A stretch of DNA of 64,000 nucleotides from Candidatus Saccharimonadales bacterium (GTDB taxonomy: Bacteria > Patescibacteriota > Saccharimonadia > Saccharimonadales > JBGSXW01). Under the pieces are notes generated by a model that was not told where the DNA came from, did no database searches, and saw only the letters and a program-made list of their open reading frames with translations. This document shows, piece after piece, positions 53,693 through 62,247 of this stretch (positions are counted from its first letter, which is position 1; every line of letters starts with the position of its first letter). Location: the NCBI GenBank assembly GCA_041751215.1, contig JBGSXW010000005.1, forward strand, positions 3,664 through 67,663, in the 5' to 3' direction. Made by a program: the position numbers and the translations under genes.

Positions 53693-55345
53693 TTAAGACT
53701 GTGGCTGCGGCGGAATCGGTGGTGGCGATCCGGGCAGGTTTGGAATCACAAAATCATTGCTCGATGGCGGCGGTGGTGGTGCTTGAGGAGGAGACTGCAT
53801 GGCTTCTGGTTGAGTTTGCGGTGCTTGAGGTGGAGTTGGGACCGGGCTTAAGCCTGGGGGCGGAAATGGAGGGGGCATGTCTGGTGGCATATCAGTTGGA
53901 GCGCTTGGCATCGGCGCCGGAACTGTTGCTGGTGGTGGCGAGAATGTATCTAGAACCGGTGCCTGATCTAAAACTGGCATGTCTGGCAGCGGCTGCGAGC
54001 CTACCCCCTGCTTGGGGTTGTTGTCAGGAAAGAAATCTCCGCCGGAAATTGCGTTTTCAACCGCAGCTCGAGCTTCATCTACACCAACCTTTGGTGCTTG
54101 AACTGGATTGGTTGGCTCAGGTGCCGAAGTTGCTGGCTGACTAAAGTCTAGCTGCCCTGTGGGCTCAACAGGATGGGCTAAAATCTCGTTATTGAGCTTC
54201 TCTTTTTTAGCTGCAGCCTCTTCTTGCGCGTAAGACGAGGTGGCGTTAAATGTTCCTCCAAGCGTTGGATTCTCGGAAGCATCTTGCTCTTTTGGTCCGG
54301 ATCCGCGTGCAGGGCTTATAAACGGCGCTTTGTTGTCTATAAGTGAACTATCTAAAGGCTTGACCTCTGGAATTGCTGGTTCGGGGGCCTTTTCGGGAGT
54401 GTCGATGATCGCCGGAGTTGGTTCGTTGATTGGCTCGGGAAGTTTTATTTCTTCGGTTGGCTTAGATTCCTCGGATTTTTCGGTAGGCTTTGGTACTTCC
54501 GGTAGGTCTTCGTCATCGTGCGAAACCTTGGCACTGGCCTCAGTTGGAGCGCCCTCTTCATTAATGTTTAGCTCGGTGCTGCTTTTGACTGGCTTGCCGT
54601 CCTCTCCTAGATTCTGAGCAATTAACTGCTGGTTTGCACCGGCTGCCATAAGCTGAGCTGACATTGTCATAACCTTAGGACTGGTGCGCTCGTTACTAAA
54701 GCGATCGGTGGCTGCTACAATTCCGGTTAAGAAAGCGGTGGCCATCTGGGCATCTATAATGTTGCCCTCTAGTGATTCGCTGATGCTAACAAGCATCTCG
54801 CTTAGACTGCCCGCGCTTGGTTCGTGCCAGTCGATTGAACCAATATTACTGGTAGTCTCACCGGTGTTAACGCCAATAACTGATGCGTCGTGCAAGATTC
54901 GGCCGTGTGCAGCAATTGCTGCATCGATGTCGTCACGATTGGTAACGCCTAGGGCAACTACGGCATCAACATTAAAGTCCCCTTGCTCAAATCGGATATC
55001 ATCTTTGCCAATCTTAGTTCTATAAGGAGTAATAAAGATTTTTACTACATCGCCATCAACTTTGTAGCGAAGCTTGTCGGCTTTGTCTTTATCGAGCGAA
55101 ATAATGAAGTCCCGAAGCGAATCAACTGTAGTTTCGATAGTTTTTTGAGGCTCCAAAAACTCCATGGTGTCGGGCACTTTGCCGCTAAATACACAGGTGG
55201 TGTGCTTGCCGAGTTTGTTGAGCATCAAAGTCAATCCAACTGCCGATGCTAACTGATCGACGCTTGGATTTTTGCTTACCGTCACCAAGACGTTATTGGC
55301 TTGGCGAAGCTTTTCGGCAACTTGCTGTTTCGCGGTTTGTTCCAT
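53693..55345 (-). CDS. DHH/NrnA-like N-terminal domain protein with a long Pro-rich C-terminal tail
   Basis: The N-terminal ~300 aa resemble the degenerate DHH-DHHA1 architecture. The last ~250 aa are P/A/E/Q-rich low complexity. ATG at 55345 (MEQTAKQ) preferred. Confidence 0.45.
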   Translation of the reverse strand: MEQTAKQQVAEKLRQANNVLVTVSKNPSVDQLASAVGLTLMLNKLGKHTTCVFSGKVPDTMEFLEPQKTIETTVDSLRDFIISLDKDKADKLRYKVDGDVVKIFITPYRTKIGKDDIRFEQGDFNVDAVVALGVTNRDDIDAAIAAHGRILHDASVIGVNTGETTSNIGSIDWHEPSAGSLSEMLVSISESLEGNIIDAQMATAFLTGIVAATDRFSNERTSPKVMTMSAQLMAAGANQQLIAQNLGEDGKPVKSSTELNINEEGAPTEASAKVSHDDEDLPEVPKPTEKSEESKPTEEIKLPEPINEPTPAIIDTPEKAPEPAIPEVKPLDSSLIDNKAPFISPARGSGPKEQDASENPTLGGTFNATSSYAQEEAAAKKEKLNNEILAHPVEPTGQLDFSQPATSAPEPTNPVQAPKVGVDEARAAVENAISGGDFFPDNNPKQGVGSQPLPDMPVLDQAPVLDTFSPPPATVPAPMPSAPTDMPPDMPPPFPPPGLSPVPTPPQAPQTQPEAMQSPPQAPPPPPSSNDFVIPNLPGSPPPIPPQPQS

Positions 55346-55448
55346 GTAGTTAATCTTTTTTGTTTTTTGCAATAAGCTATCAGGGGTAGAGTAGCATAAC
55401 CACATTGCTAGGTCAACCGGGACGCATTACAGAGCAAGGATCTGCATT

Positions 55449-55636
55449 GTCGCTCCCGCGACGGGGCAATGCCACTTTTTATAAAGTGGCGTTGGAACTC
55501 TCCCGCTAACTACCAAAACAAAACTCATTAGTCTATGGGGCCAAAGAACTCGGGCAACTTGCGGAGTCCGTCTGAACAGTCCTCGTTGCGCCGGGTCTTT
55601 GGCCGCACAGCCTTAAAGAGGTTTTGGTAGAGACGG
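55449..55636 (+). repeat. element A, copy 4 (subfamily A2)
   Basis: Hairpin GTCGC-TCCC-GCGAC; palindrome GCCACTTTTTATAAAGTGGC (55471-55490); helix CTACCAAAAC../..GTTTTGGTAG; core GCGGAGTCCGTCTGAACAGTCCTCGTTGCGCC. Confidence 0.8.
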
Positions 55637-55727
55637 AAAGTTACAGGAAGGGCTTTACATCTCACCTCTGTTAGTGTATATTCATCCCCTGAAACTAAAT
55701 TAAGTACGGGTTTCGTACTTAGGTGTA

Positions 55728-55802
55728 GTGCAAGGAAGAAGCGAAGCGCGGAGCCTAGTTGTACAGTCGTACTGCTAGCGAGCACTAGAGCGTCTGACGC
55801 AG
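55728..55802 (+). repeat. element B, copy iv (intergenic, upstream of rpsT)
   Basis: GTGCAAGGAAGAAGCGAAGCGCGGAGC-CTAGTTGTAC-AGTC-GTACTGCTAG-CGAGCACTAGAGCGTCTGACGCAG. Confidence 0.8.
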
Positions 55803-55878
55803 TAATACACTAAGAACCTTGACGGGTGGCCAGTTCAACTGGACAGCAGGTCAAGGTGATACGAAAGCCAGAGGTCAT

Positions 55879-56265
55879 ATGCCAATTATTCAATCAGCCA
55901 AGAAAAGAGCACGACAAGAAGTTATACGCCGTGAGCGCAATGTTAAGACTAAGCGCGACATGAAGTCGGCTCTTAAGAGTCTTGAGGCCGCAGTTGCTAA
56001 AAACTCCCCTGCTGACGTTGCAAAAGCTATGTCACAAGTTCAAAGTAGCCTTGATAAAGCCGTAAAGAAGAATCTAATTCACAAGAACAAAGCTGCACGA
56101 AAAAAGGTTCAGGCCAGTAATCTTGCCAAGACCGTGCTTAAGACCAAAGACATCAAGCCAAGTGCTAAAAAAACTGCAGCCAAGCCTGCTGCTAAGAAGG
56201 CGGCTCCTGCTAAAAAGCCAGCAGCCAAAAAAGCTCCAGCCAAAAAGCCTGCTGCTAAGAAGTAG
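55879..56265 (+). CDS. rpsT: 30S ribosomal protein S20 with a Lys/Ala-rich C-terminal tail
   Basis: MPIIQSAKKRARQEVIRRERN...; ATG at 55879 after AGAGGT; tail KPAAKKAAPAKKPAAKKAPAKKPAAKK. Confidence 0.85.
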   Translation: MPIIQSAKKRARQEVIRRERNVKTKRDMKSALKSLEAAVAKNSPADVAKAMSQVQSSLDKAVKKNLIHKNKAARKKVQASNLAKTVLKTKDIKPSAKKTAAKPAAKKAAPAKKPAAKKAPAKKPAAKK

Positions 56266-57187
56266 TCAGCACTCCCACTCTTAGTAAGTACTGCTCTAAA
56301 CAGTCGTCGGGTTCGGCGCCGTTTTTTAGTTCTAGATCGGCATTAAGTGTTAGTTCAACCAGTTCTCGCAGCCGTTGCTTGCTCAGATTTCGAGTTACGC
56401 CGGTTAGTTTCTTGGCAACATAAGGAGAAATCCCGGCCGAACGCGCAATCTGATCTGGATCGCTCATCTTTGAGCTACCAACCACGGCAATGTTATTAAT
56501 CTGCCAAGCCAACATGCTCATAATGTAGCCGGTCTCGAGCCGAGCGTTGCGCAAGGCACGGTAAGTCGCGATCGCCTGCTTGCTATTACCCTGGGTTGCC
56601 TGATCTAGCAGCTGAAAGATGTTGTCTTTAGGTGCAAGCTGAACTAATTCATCGATAGCCTGGCGACTAATTTTGGGCTCGTACGCCACCAATTTATCTA
56701 GCTCGTTAGATAGACGCCACTGGTCATTACCGCATCTATCAATCAGATAGCTGGCGTCGCCTTGACTAAGCTCGCCGCCTCGCTCTTTAGCCTCATCGAC
56801 CAGCCACTTAGACAGCTGGTAAGGCTCTAGGTTCTTGTACTCAATGACTTCGGCGGATTTTTTAAGATCTTTATAAAAAGTTTGTCGCTTGTCTATGCTT
56901 GGTTCGTGCAGAATCAATGTACTATCGGGGTCTTTAGCCTTAGCGCGCTCAATGATCAACTCGTGCAAAGCCTTGTTGCCGCTGGCGCCATCAACAATTG
57001 TTAGCACTGTGGGCGCAAACAACGAACCTCCTGAAGTTGCCTCGGCTAGCTGGTTGGCAGTTAGGTCCTCGGCCTCCATGCGCTGAACACTTAAGTCGCC
57101 GTGATCGGCCTTAAAATCAGCAATTCTTCGTCCTAATTCCTGACGACGAAGATAAGCATTTTCCCCTGTTATAAGAACTACTGACAT
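56255..57187 (-). CDS. holA: DNA polymerase III delta subunit
   Basis: 310 aa; N-terminal ..LITGENAYL...; helical C-terminal domain; call based on overall pattern and length. Confidence 0.65.
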   Translation of the reverse strand: MSVVLITGENAYLRRQELGRRIADFKADHGDLSVQRMEAEDLTANQLAEATSGGSLFAPTVLTIVDGASGNKALHELIIERAKAKDPDSTLILHEPSIDKRQTFYKDLKKSAEVIEYKNLEPYQLSKWLVDEAKERGGELSQGDASYLIDRCGNDQWRLSNELDKLVAYEPKISRQAIDELVQLAPKDNIFQLLDQATQGNSKQAIATYRALRNARLETGYIMSMLAWQINNIAVVGSSKMSDPDQIARSAGISPYVAKKLTGVTRNLSKQRLRELVELTLNADLELKNGAEPDDCLEQYLLRVGVLTTS

Positions 57188-57367
57188 AATTTGCTCTTGG
57201 TCATAAGGTCAGACTTTTCGAGCGAAAAGAATGAAGAGCGAGGAGGCATATCCGTAGGACTATGGTGACGAACTATGAGTTCTTTGCAGCCGAAAAAGAT
57301 GACTTTAGGACGAGATGAAATTATATAAGTAGTTCTATCCACTACACTCATGGTCTATATCATAGCA

Positions 57368-58402
57368 CTACTTAGGGGCTAAGAAGCACTCCTCGGGTAC
57401 TAATCTCAGCATCTCTAGCGTGCGATTAGCAGTGCCGGGAAATACTTGGTCGCCACCATCGAACAAATGTTCAAGATGCATGGCTTGGCTGCGCTGACGA
57501 TAAGACATGAGTGACGCAACCGACCAGTCTTCTAGCTCCTCTTCGCTCAGCGGAGGCGTAATGTGATGTCGAACGGTGTTGTAGCCCTGACCGGGTAGCC
57601 TAATTATTTCGAACTGGTCGGCAAGGCCCGAGGATGTGTCTTCTACATAAACAAAGGCAGACTCACGGTTAAAGTCGCTGTGCATTCTAATAAAGCCTCG
57701 GCTGGATCCTTCATCATCCTCGTGTGCAAAACACGTAACAGCAACGCCCCCATGCATGAGCTGAGAAACCGGAATATTCGGATTGGATACAATGTCTTTT
57801 ATTGCACCGAAGAATTGGCTGCCGATTTCAGATTCGGCAACAATTTCTTCGCTGGTTCGATAATCACGAACTACCATCCAGCTGTCCCGCGCTCTAGCTT
57901 CATATAACGTAGTTTCTAACCTATTGCCAGGTGTGGTCTCTAGCACCGCTCGGTAGATGCGTTCGGGCATTGCGCCCAAGTGCCCTCGGTATCTATCGGT
58001 GAATTTTTCTCTAATTTTTGCTCCAAGACTGCCCGCCACCAACTCAAGATATCCGTAATTTAGATCAATTTGTTGGTCAGATTCATTAACTACTAGCCTG
58101 GCGATTGCATGTCGCTGCGCACGACCTGGCTGGTCACGATCATCGGGACTCAGTGCTCGAGGCAGCCTATCGACAACATTAATGATAAATGGATTGTCCC
58201 CTCTGGCGGCAGCGCCAATCAATGGACGACTCGGTATTCGACCTGGCCGCTCAACAAAGAGCATTGACTCAGAGGTCTTAAAATCAGCAAAGTTGCTGCC
58301 AACTGCCTTGCGTGGCACTAGTATGCCAAGTCGATCGATTACATCTTGTTTGGCTAAAATCGGGTCATGGAGACGTTCGTTGGGGAATTTATCACCGCTC
58401 AT
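57368..58402 (-). CDS. hypothetical protein
   Basis: 344-aa ORF, no recognisable motif. Confidence 0.5.
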   Translation of the reverse strand: MSGDKFPNERLHDPILAKQDVIDRLGILVPRKAVGSNFADFKTSESMLFVERPGRIPSRPLIGAAARGDNPFIINVVDRLPRALSPDDRDQPGRAQRHAIARLVVNESDQQIDLNYGYLELVAGSLGAKIREKFTDRYRGHLGAMPERIYRAVLETTPGNRLETTLYEARARDSWMVVRDYRTSEEIVAESEIGSQFFGAIKDIVSNPNIPVSQLMHGGVAVTCFAHEDDEGSSRGFIRMHSDFNRESAFVYVEDTSSGLADQFEIIRLPGQGYNTVRHHITPPLSEEELEDWSVASLMSYRQRSQAMHLEHLFDGGDQVFPGTANRTLEMLRLVPEECFLAPK

Positions 58403-58509
58403 ATCCCTATAGCTATACCACTTTTTAAGCAGTTGTTGCTACTTATGCTTCCCTGAACTCTTTTCACTACCAATCACCGTTCACCTGCCTAGCTGCAAAG
58501 CAGCTAGCA

Positions 58510-58595
58510 CTGCGAACTCTTTGTCAGACACTCCGCTGCTCGCAAGTAGTACGCAATGTACAACTTGGCTGCGCTGCTCACGTCTTCCGCGTGCT
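58510..58595 (-). repeat. element B, copy v (immediately 3' of mutM)
   Basis: Minus strand CACGCGGAAGACGTGAGCAGCGCAGC-CAAGTTGTAC-ATTGC-GTACTACTTG-CGAGCAGCGGAGTGTCTGACAAAG. Confidence 0.7.
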
Positions 58596-58612
58596 TGGTT
58601 AGTGCAACGAGC

Positions 58613-59650
58613 TCAAGGTTTTTGGCACCGCGGACAATAGTGCGTACCCCGGCCAGCAACTCTCGTCTTTAAAATCTCCGACCCACAAACTCGGCAAGCC
58701 AAGCCCTCGCGCTTAAACACTCGAGCGTGCTCTAAATAATCGCCTCTCGTTCCCAAAACATTTACATAATTAGTAAAGCTCGTGCCGCCACGTTCAATGC
58801 CATCGTGCAGAGTTGATTTGACTGCCTCGTACAAAGTTTCAATCTGTTTATCGCTAAGTTTAGAAGACTTTATAGCTGGGTGAATTTTGGCTAAGTGAAG
58901 TGATTCGTCGGCATAAATGTTGCCGATTCCAGCCACGGTAGTCTGATCTAAAAGTACGGCTTTGATTGGAGCGTTTCGTTTCTTAACGACACCCTTAAAG
59001 TGCGCCAGCGTAAACTCCTTGCCGTGCGGTTCTGGGCCAACTTTGAGCAAAAATGGATCCTCATCCACGCTCTGCGTGCGCACTAACTTTACCCAGCCAA
59101 ACTTGCGTTGGTCGTTAAAGTAAACTATAGAACCACTTGCAAAGTGAAAGATCAGGCGAGTGCTGCTGTCAGGAAGCGAATTCTTGAGATCCATACTGGT
59201 ACTTGGATGGCCGCCCGCAAATCTTTCAAAACTCATAGATTGTGAGCTGCGAGGCGCCTGCCGTCTAGTAGCACTAGCCGCACCGCGCCTCTCTGCGTCA
59301 GTGGCTCCGGTACTCTCGCCCAGTACGCTGTTGTACTGATTGGTCCGTTCCTCGTCACTTCCTTGCAGCTCATCGGCCTGATGAGCTTTGAACCCAACTT
59401 GATTATCTACAATAACTTGGCCGGTCATCTTGAGGTGAAACATCAAAGAGTAGCCAGATGCCAAGTCGATGATCAAAACTTTGGCACGTCGGCGAACGGC
59501 CGTAACTTTGCTTCCAATCGCATTGAGGTAATCATCCTGCTCAAATAATGCAGTCTTAGGTGTTAATACATCGATGCTAGTTAGTGTGTCGCCAACAATC
59601 CGCGGCTCCAAGCCACGTTTTATTGTCTCGACCTCAGGTAATTCAGGCAT
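58613..59650 (-). CDS. mutM: formamidopyrimidine-DNA glycosylase carrying an in-frame element B insert
   Basis: MPELPEVET N-terminus; H2TH; C-terminal zinc finger CRVCGSEI....GRGTHYCPRCQ; 345 aa versus the usual ~270-290. Confidence 0.85.
   Translation of the reverse strand: MPELPEVETIKRGLEPRIVGDTLTSIDVLTPKTALFEQDDYLNAIGSKVTAVRRRAKVLIIDLASGYSLMFHLKMTGQVIVDNQVGFKAHQADELQGSDEERTNQYNSVLGESTGATDAERRGAASATRRQAPRSSQSMSFERFAGGHPSTSMDLKNSLPDSSTRLIFHFASGSIVYFNDQRKFGWVKLVRTQSVDEDPFLLKVGPEPHGKEFTLAHFKGVVKKRNAPIKAVLLDQTTVAGIGNIYADESLHLAKIHPAIKSSKLSDKQIETLYEAVKSTLHDGIERGGTSFTNYVNVLGTRGDYLEHARVFKREGLACRVCGSEILKTRVAGRGTHYCPRCQKP
59231..59389 (-). repeat. element B, copy vi (in-frame within mutM; boundaries approximate)
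   Basis: Coding strand GCCGATGAGCTGCAAGGAAGTGACGAGGAACGGACCAAT-CAGTAC-AACAGC-GTACTG-GGCGAGAGTACCGGAGCCACTGACGCAGAG. Confidence 0.8.
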
Positions 59651-59780
59651 AGTTCAATAGTAACAGAACGTGTATTCAAACATTGTTGCCTTTTTTGCAA
59701 ATAGTTGTAGTATTAACTCAAGTGTACGGTTGGTGCCGTGGACTTGTACCTATACATTCTAGTGATGCAGGAGGTGCATC

Positions 59781-60374
59781 GTGTTTGATGATAGAGGTTC
59801 AACGACAGGCACCGCAGCCGGTGTCTTTGTGGGTGCAGTTGGCCTGTACTCCATCGTGCAGTTCTTTCTGCTGTTCATGGCAGCAGCTGCCATGGGAGTG
59901 GGCATCCTGGTGTTTCTGGCGGTTCTTTGTGTGTACGGAGTGATCAAGTTCCTCATTCGAGCTGCAGAGTTCGATGAAGAGTGGTACCGCAATGTCGGCC
60001 TCGCTCTGTTCTGCACCGGTGTTGCCGCAGCCGCGGGATACTTCATCGGTGTCGAGCTGGGCTTTTCTCAGGTTCTGGCCGACTTCATCGTGAACGGCGA
60101 GGAAGCGAGCGAGATGCGCAGCAACTCGATCATCTACCCGCTGATCACTCTCTTCTTCGGCATCCTGCTCGCGGGCTCGTACTTCTTGGGTCTCCCGATC
60201 ACGCTGTGGATCTTCGCGACGGACGATTTCGATGAGTGGTGGGAGATGGCTTGGTTCCCGAGCCTCAACTTCTTCATCCTGATCGTCCTCATGGAGGCTG
60301 CTCGTCTCGATCTGGGACCCCTCCAGGACGAGATGCCGACCCTGTGGGAGGCGTTCACGCAACCCTTCGGTTGA
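59781..60374 (+). CDS. polytopic membrane protein, tandem paralog 1 (GC-rich)
   Basis: GTG start after GGAGGTG; N-terminus VFDDRGSTTGTAAGVFVG; C-terminus TLWEAFTQPFG; 4-5 TM helices. Confidence 0.6.
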   Translation: MFDDRGSTTGTAAGVFVGAVGLYSIVQFFLLFMAAAAMGVGILVFLAVLCVYGVIKFLIRAAEFDEEWYRNVGLALFCTGVAAAAGYFIGVELGFSQVLADFIVNGEEASEMRSNSIIYPLITLFFGILLAGSYFLGLPITLWIFATDDFDEWWEMAWFPSLNFFILIVLMEAARLDLGPLQDEMPTLWEAFTQPFG

Positions 60375-60402
60375 CCCCTAGTTACTTCGGAAAGGAGTAA
60401 TC

Positions 60403-61092
60403 GTGTTTGATGACCGTGGTTCCAGCAGCGCTGGAACGGCCGTAGGTGTATTCCTCGGTATGGCCGGTATGTACTGGCTTGCTGTGCTCTGCACCTATGT
60501 GCTCTTCGCGTCCATAGTGGGTGCCCTGGTGGGTATCATCCTGGTCGTGGTTTACATCAGCTTCGTTATCTTTGCGGTTGGCAAGGTCCTGATGTCGATT
60601 TCTAAAGCAGGAACTGCTGGCTTCAGGATTATCGGAGTAGCCCTTGGCTTTGGAGCTGTGGCTGGAGTAATAGCTAGCTTCGCGTCTGGTTTCGGTGTAG
60701 CCGAGTGGATTGATGTAACGCTCGCTAGCTTCGGGAGCTACAACGAGGAGAGCCTGCCAGAAGTGCCTGCTTGGCGCACATATATCGTTGCTCCAATACT
60801 CGGCCTGCTCACTGTCGGCGCATACTTCGGTGGCATTCCATACGTCCTGGTCACATTGAGCTTCACTCTGGATGAAATTTTGGAGGATGAAGACGACTCG
60901 ATAGCCAAAACACCAGAAGGGTCGTTTGACCCGGACTACATCCTCATCGGAGGAAGCCTGGTGGGGTTCCATCTTGCGATAGTGACCTTCATCATGGTCA
61001 TGTTCATCGAGTCCGAAAGAGCGCACATGCTGCGACTCGGCGAGGACGTTCCATCACTACTCGAGGCCTTTTTCCAACCTTGGATAATGTAA
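60403..61092 (+). CDS. polytopic membrane protein, tandem paralog 2
   Basis: GTG start after AAGGAG; N-terminus VFDDRGSSSAGTAVGVFLG; C-terminus SLLEAFFQPWIM. Confidence 0.6.
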   Translation: MFDDRGSSSAGTAVGVFLGMAGMYWLAVLCTYVLFASIVGALVGIILVVVYISFVIFAVGKVLMSISKAGTAGFRIIGVALGFGAVAGVIASFASGFGVAEWIDVTLASFGSYNEESLPEVPAWRTYIVAPILGLLTVGAYFGGIPYVLVTLSFTLDEILEDEDDSIAKTPEGSFDPDYILIGGSLVGFHLAIVTFIMVMFIESERAHMLRLGEDVPSLLEAFFQPWIM

Positions 61093-61253
61093 GGTCTCGC
61101 AACGGACAACATAGCCTCATCTGCCTTTGGTGGATGGTCCGTGTACAAGTCTGCTTCCCGCACCGGAAGATCAACAGACTTGTATGTTAGGCGCCCTACA
61201 CGCTTAGCGTCTGATGAGACCTGGGAAGTTCAGGTCGAATAGGGCAACACTCG

Positions 61254-61272
61254 GCTACTTTTATAAAGTAGC
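61254..61272. repeat. stand-alone palindrome GCTACTTTTATAAAGTAGC (same type as the element A palindrome)
   Basis: Compare GCCACTTTTTATAAAGTGGC at 55471-55490. Confidence 0.55.
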
Positions 61273-61276
61273 GTGG

Positions 61277-61855
61277 TTAAGAAAGAAGATCGTCGATTTG
61301 CTGTTTGGCATTGATAACATCTATGTACCTAATCGCATTCAATCCAGCCTCGCTGGCCCCTACAACATGCCTGGGGCTGTCATCGAGCATGAGAGCTTCT
61401 TCGGGCTTAACTCCAGGTGCAACCAACTCCAAAGCTTTTAAAAATGCCTCTGGTGCTGGCTTATATGTGCCTAGCTGTGAGGAAACAATGATCTCATCAA
61501 AAACATCACCGTAACCGCCTTGCTCAACCAGCTCTATTACATCCTGACGATACCCGTTAGAAAACAAGCCAATCCTGACCGAGCCATGCAAACTTCGCAG
61601 ATATTCTAGCAGCGCACGGTTGATGGTAGGACGCGCATAAACAGCGGGCTGATCAGGATGTTTGCTGTCTTCTGCCAGGATCGATATGGCCTGCTGAAAA
61701 GTTTCGTTATCGATTAAGCCTTGGTTGATCTGCCGAATAATTCCCTGCAGTTGTTCAGACTTTTCGGGATCGCTGTGTACGCGCTCGTAAATCACCTGCC
61801 AATCGAAGTTGTCATAAACCACGCCGTAAAAGTCGGTGAGAATTACTTTGATCAA
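61277..61855 (-). CDS. HAD-superfamily hydrolase
   Basis: N-terminal VILTDFYGVV (degenerate DxD), LFSNG, MLDDSPRHV. Confidence 0.6.
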   Translation of the reverse strand: MIKVILTDFYGVVYDNFDWQVIYERVHSDPEKSEQLQGIIRQINQGLIDNETFQQAISILAEDSKHPDQPAVYARPTINRALLEYLRSLHGSVRIGLFSNGYRQDVIELVEQGGYGDVFDEIIVSSQLGTYKPAPEAFLKALELVAPGVKPEEALMLDDSPRHVVGASEAGLNAIRYIDVINAKQQIDDLLS

Positions 61856-62247
61856 CTAGAAACTCTCTCGACCTTAACTTTATTACGAAAAGTCTGAACC
61901 AACTCCTCGCTGGAAAGTTTAGACATGTAAAATTCCTCTGGGGCACCTTCTTTAGGGATATCAAAGTAAACTTCTTTGATACCAGCCCAGGCCGCACTTG
62001 ATAAACACATAATGCAAGGTTCGTGTGAAGCCCATAATACACAGTCAGACAAATCCGGATTGTTTAAAGCTTTGGCAGCGTTTCTGATAGCATCAACTTC
62101 CGCATGACAAGATGGGTCACGCGTTTCGGCTACCCTAGCCCTTCCGCTTGCAACTAAATTTCCGTCTTTGGTAATTGCAGCGCCAAATTGGTATGGAGCT
62201 GGGCATTTTTTGGCTTCTTTCCAAGCAATCTCTATAAACTCATTCAT
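61852..62247 (-). CDS. CMP/dCMP-type zinc deaminase (tRNA-adenosine/guanine deaminase-like)
   Basis: CHAEVDAI and PCIMC zinc motifs; ATG at 62247 follows AAGGAG (the track ORF extends to 62292). Confidence 0.75.
   Translation of the reverse strand: MNEFIEIAWKEAKKCPAPYQFGAAITKDGNLVASGRARVAETRDPSCHAEVDAIRNAAKALNNPDLSDCVLWASHEPCIMCLSSAAWAGIKEVYFDIPKEGAPEEFYMSKLSSEELVQTFRNKVKVERVSS

Noticed and set aside
49531-59389. Inteins as the explanation for the inserts in UDG, truB and mutM
   Set aside because: The inserts are only ~53-59 aa. They lack Cys/Ser/Thr at the N-terminal junction and the His-Asn plus nucleophile C-terminal junction, and they are homologous at the DNA level to non-coding intergenic copies.
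4400-61100. GC-rich islands as assembly chimeras or contamination
   Set aside because: There are five separate islands, each joined to native-composition promoters, leaders and neighbouring core genes within a few hundred bases. The junctions contain shared repeat modules. Read-level confirmation is still advisable.
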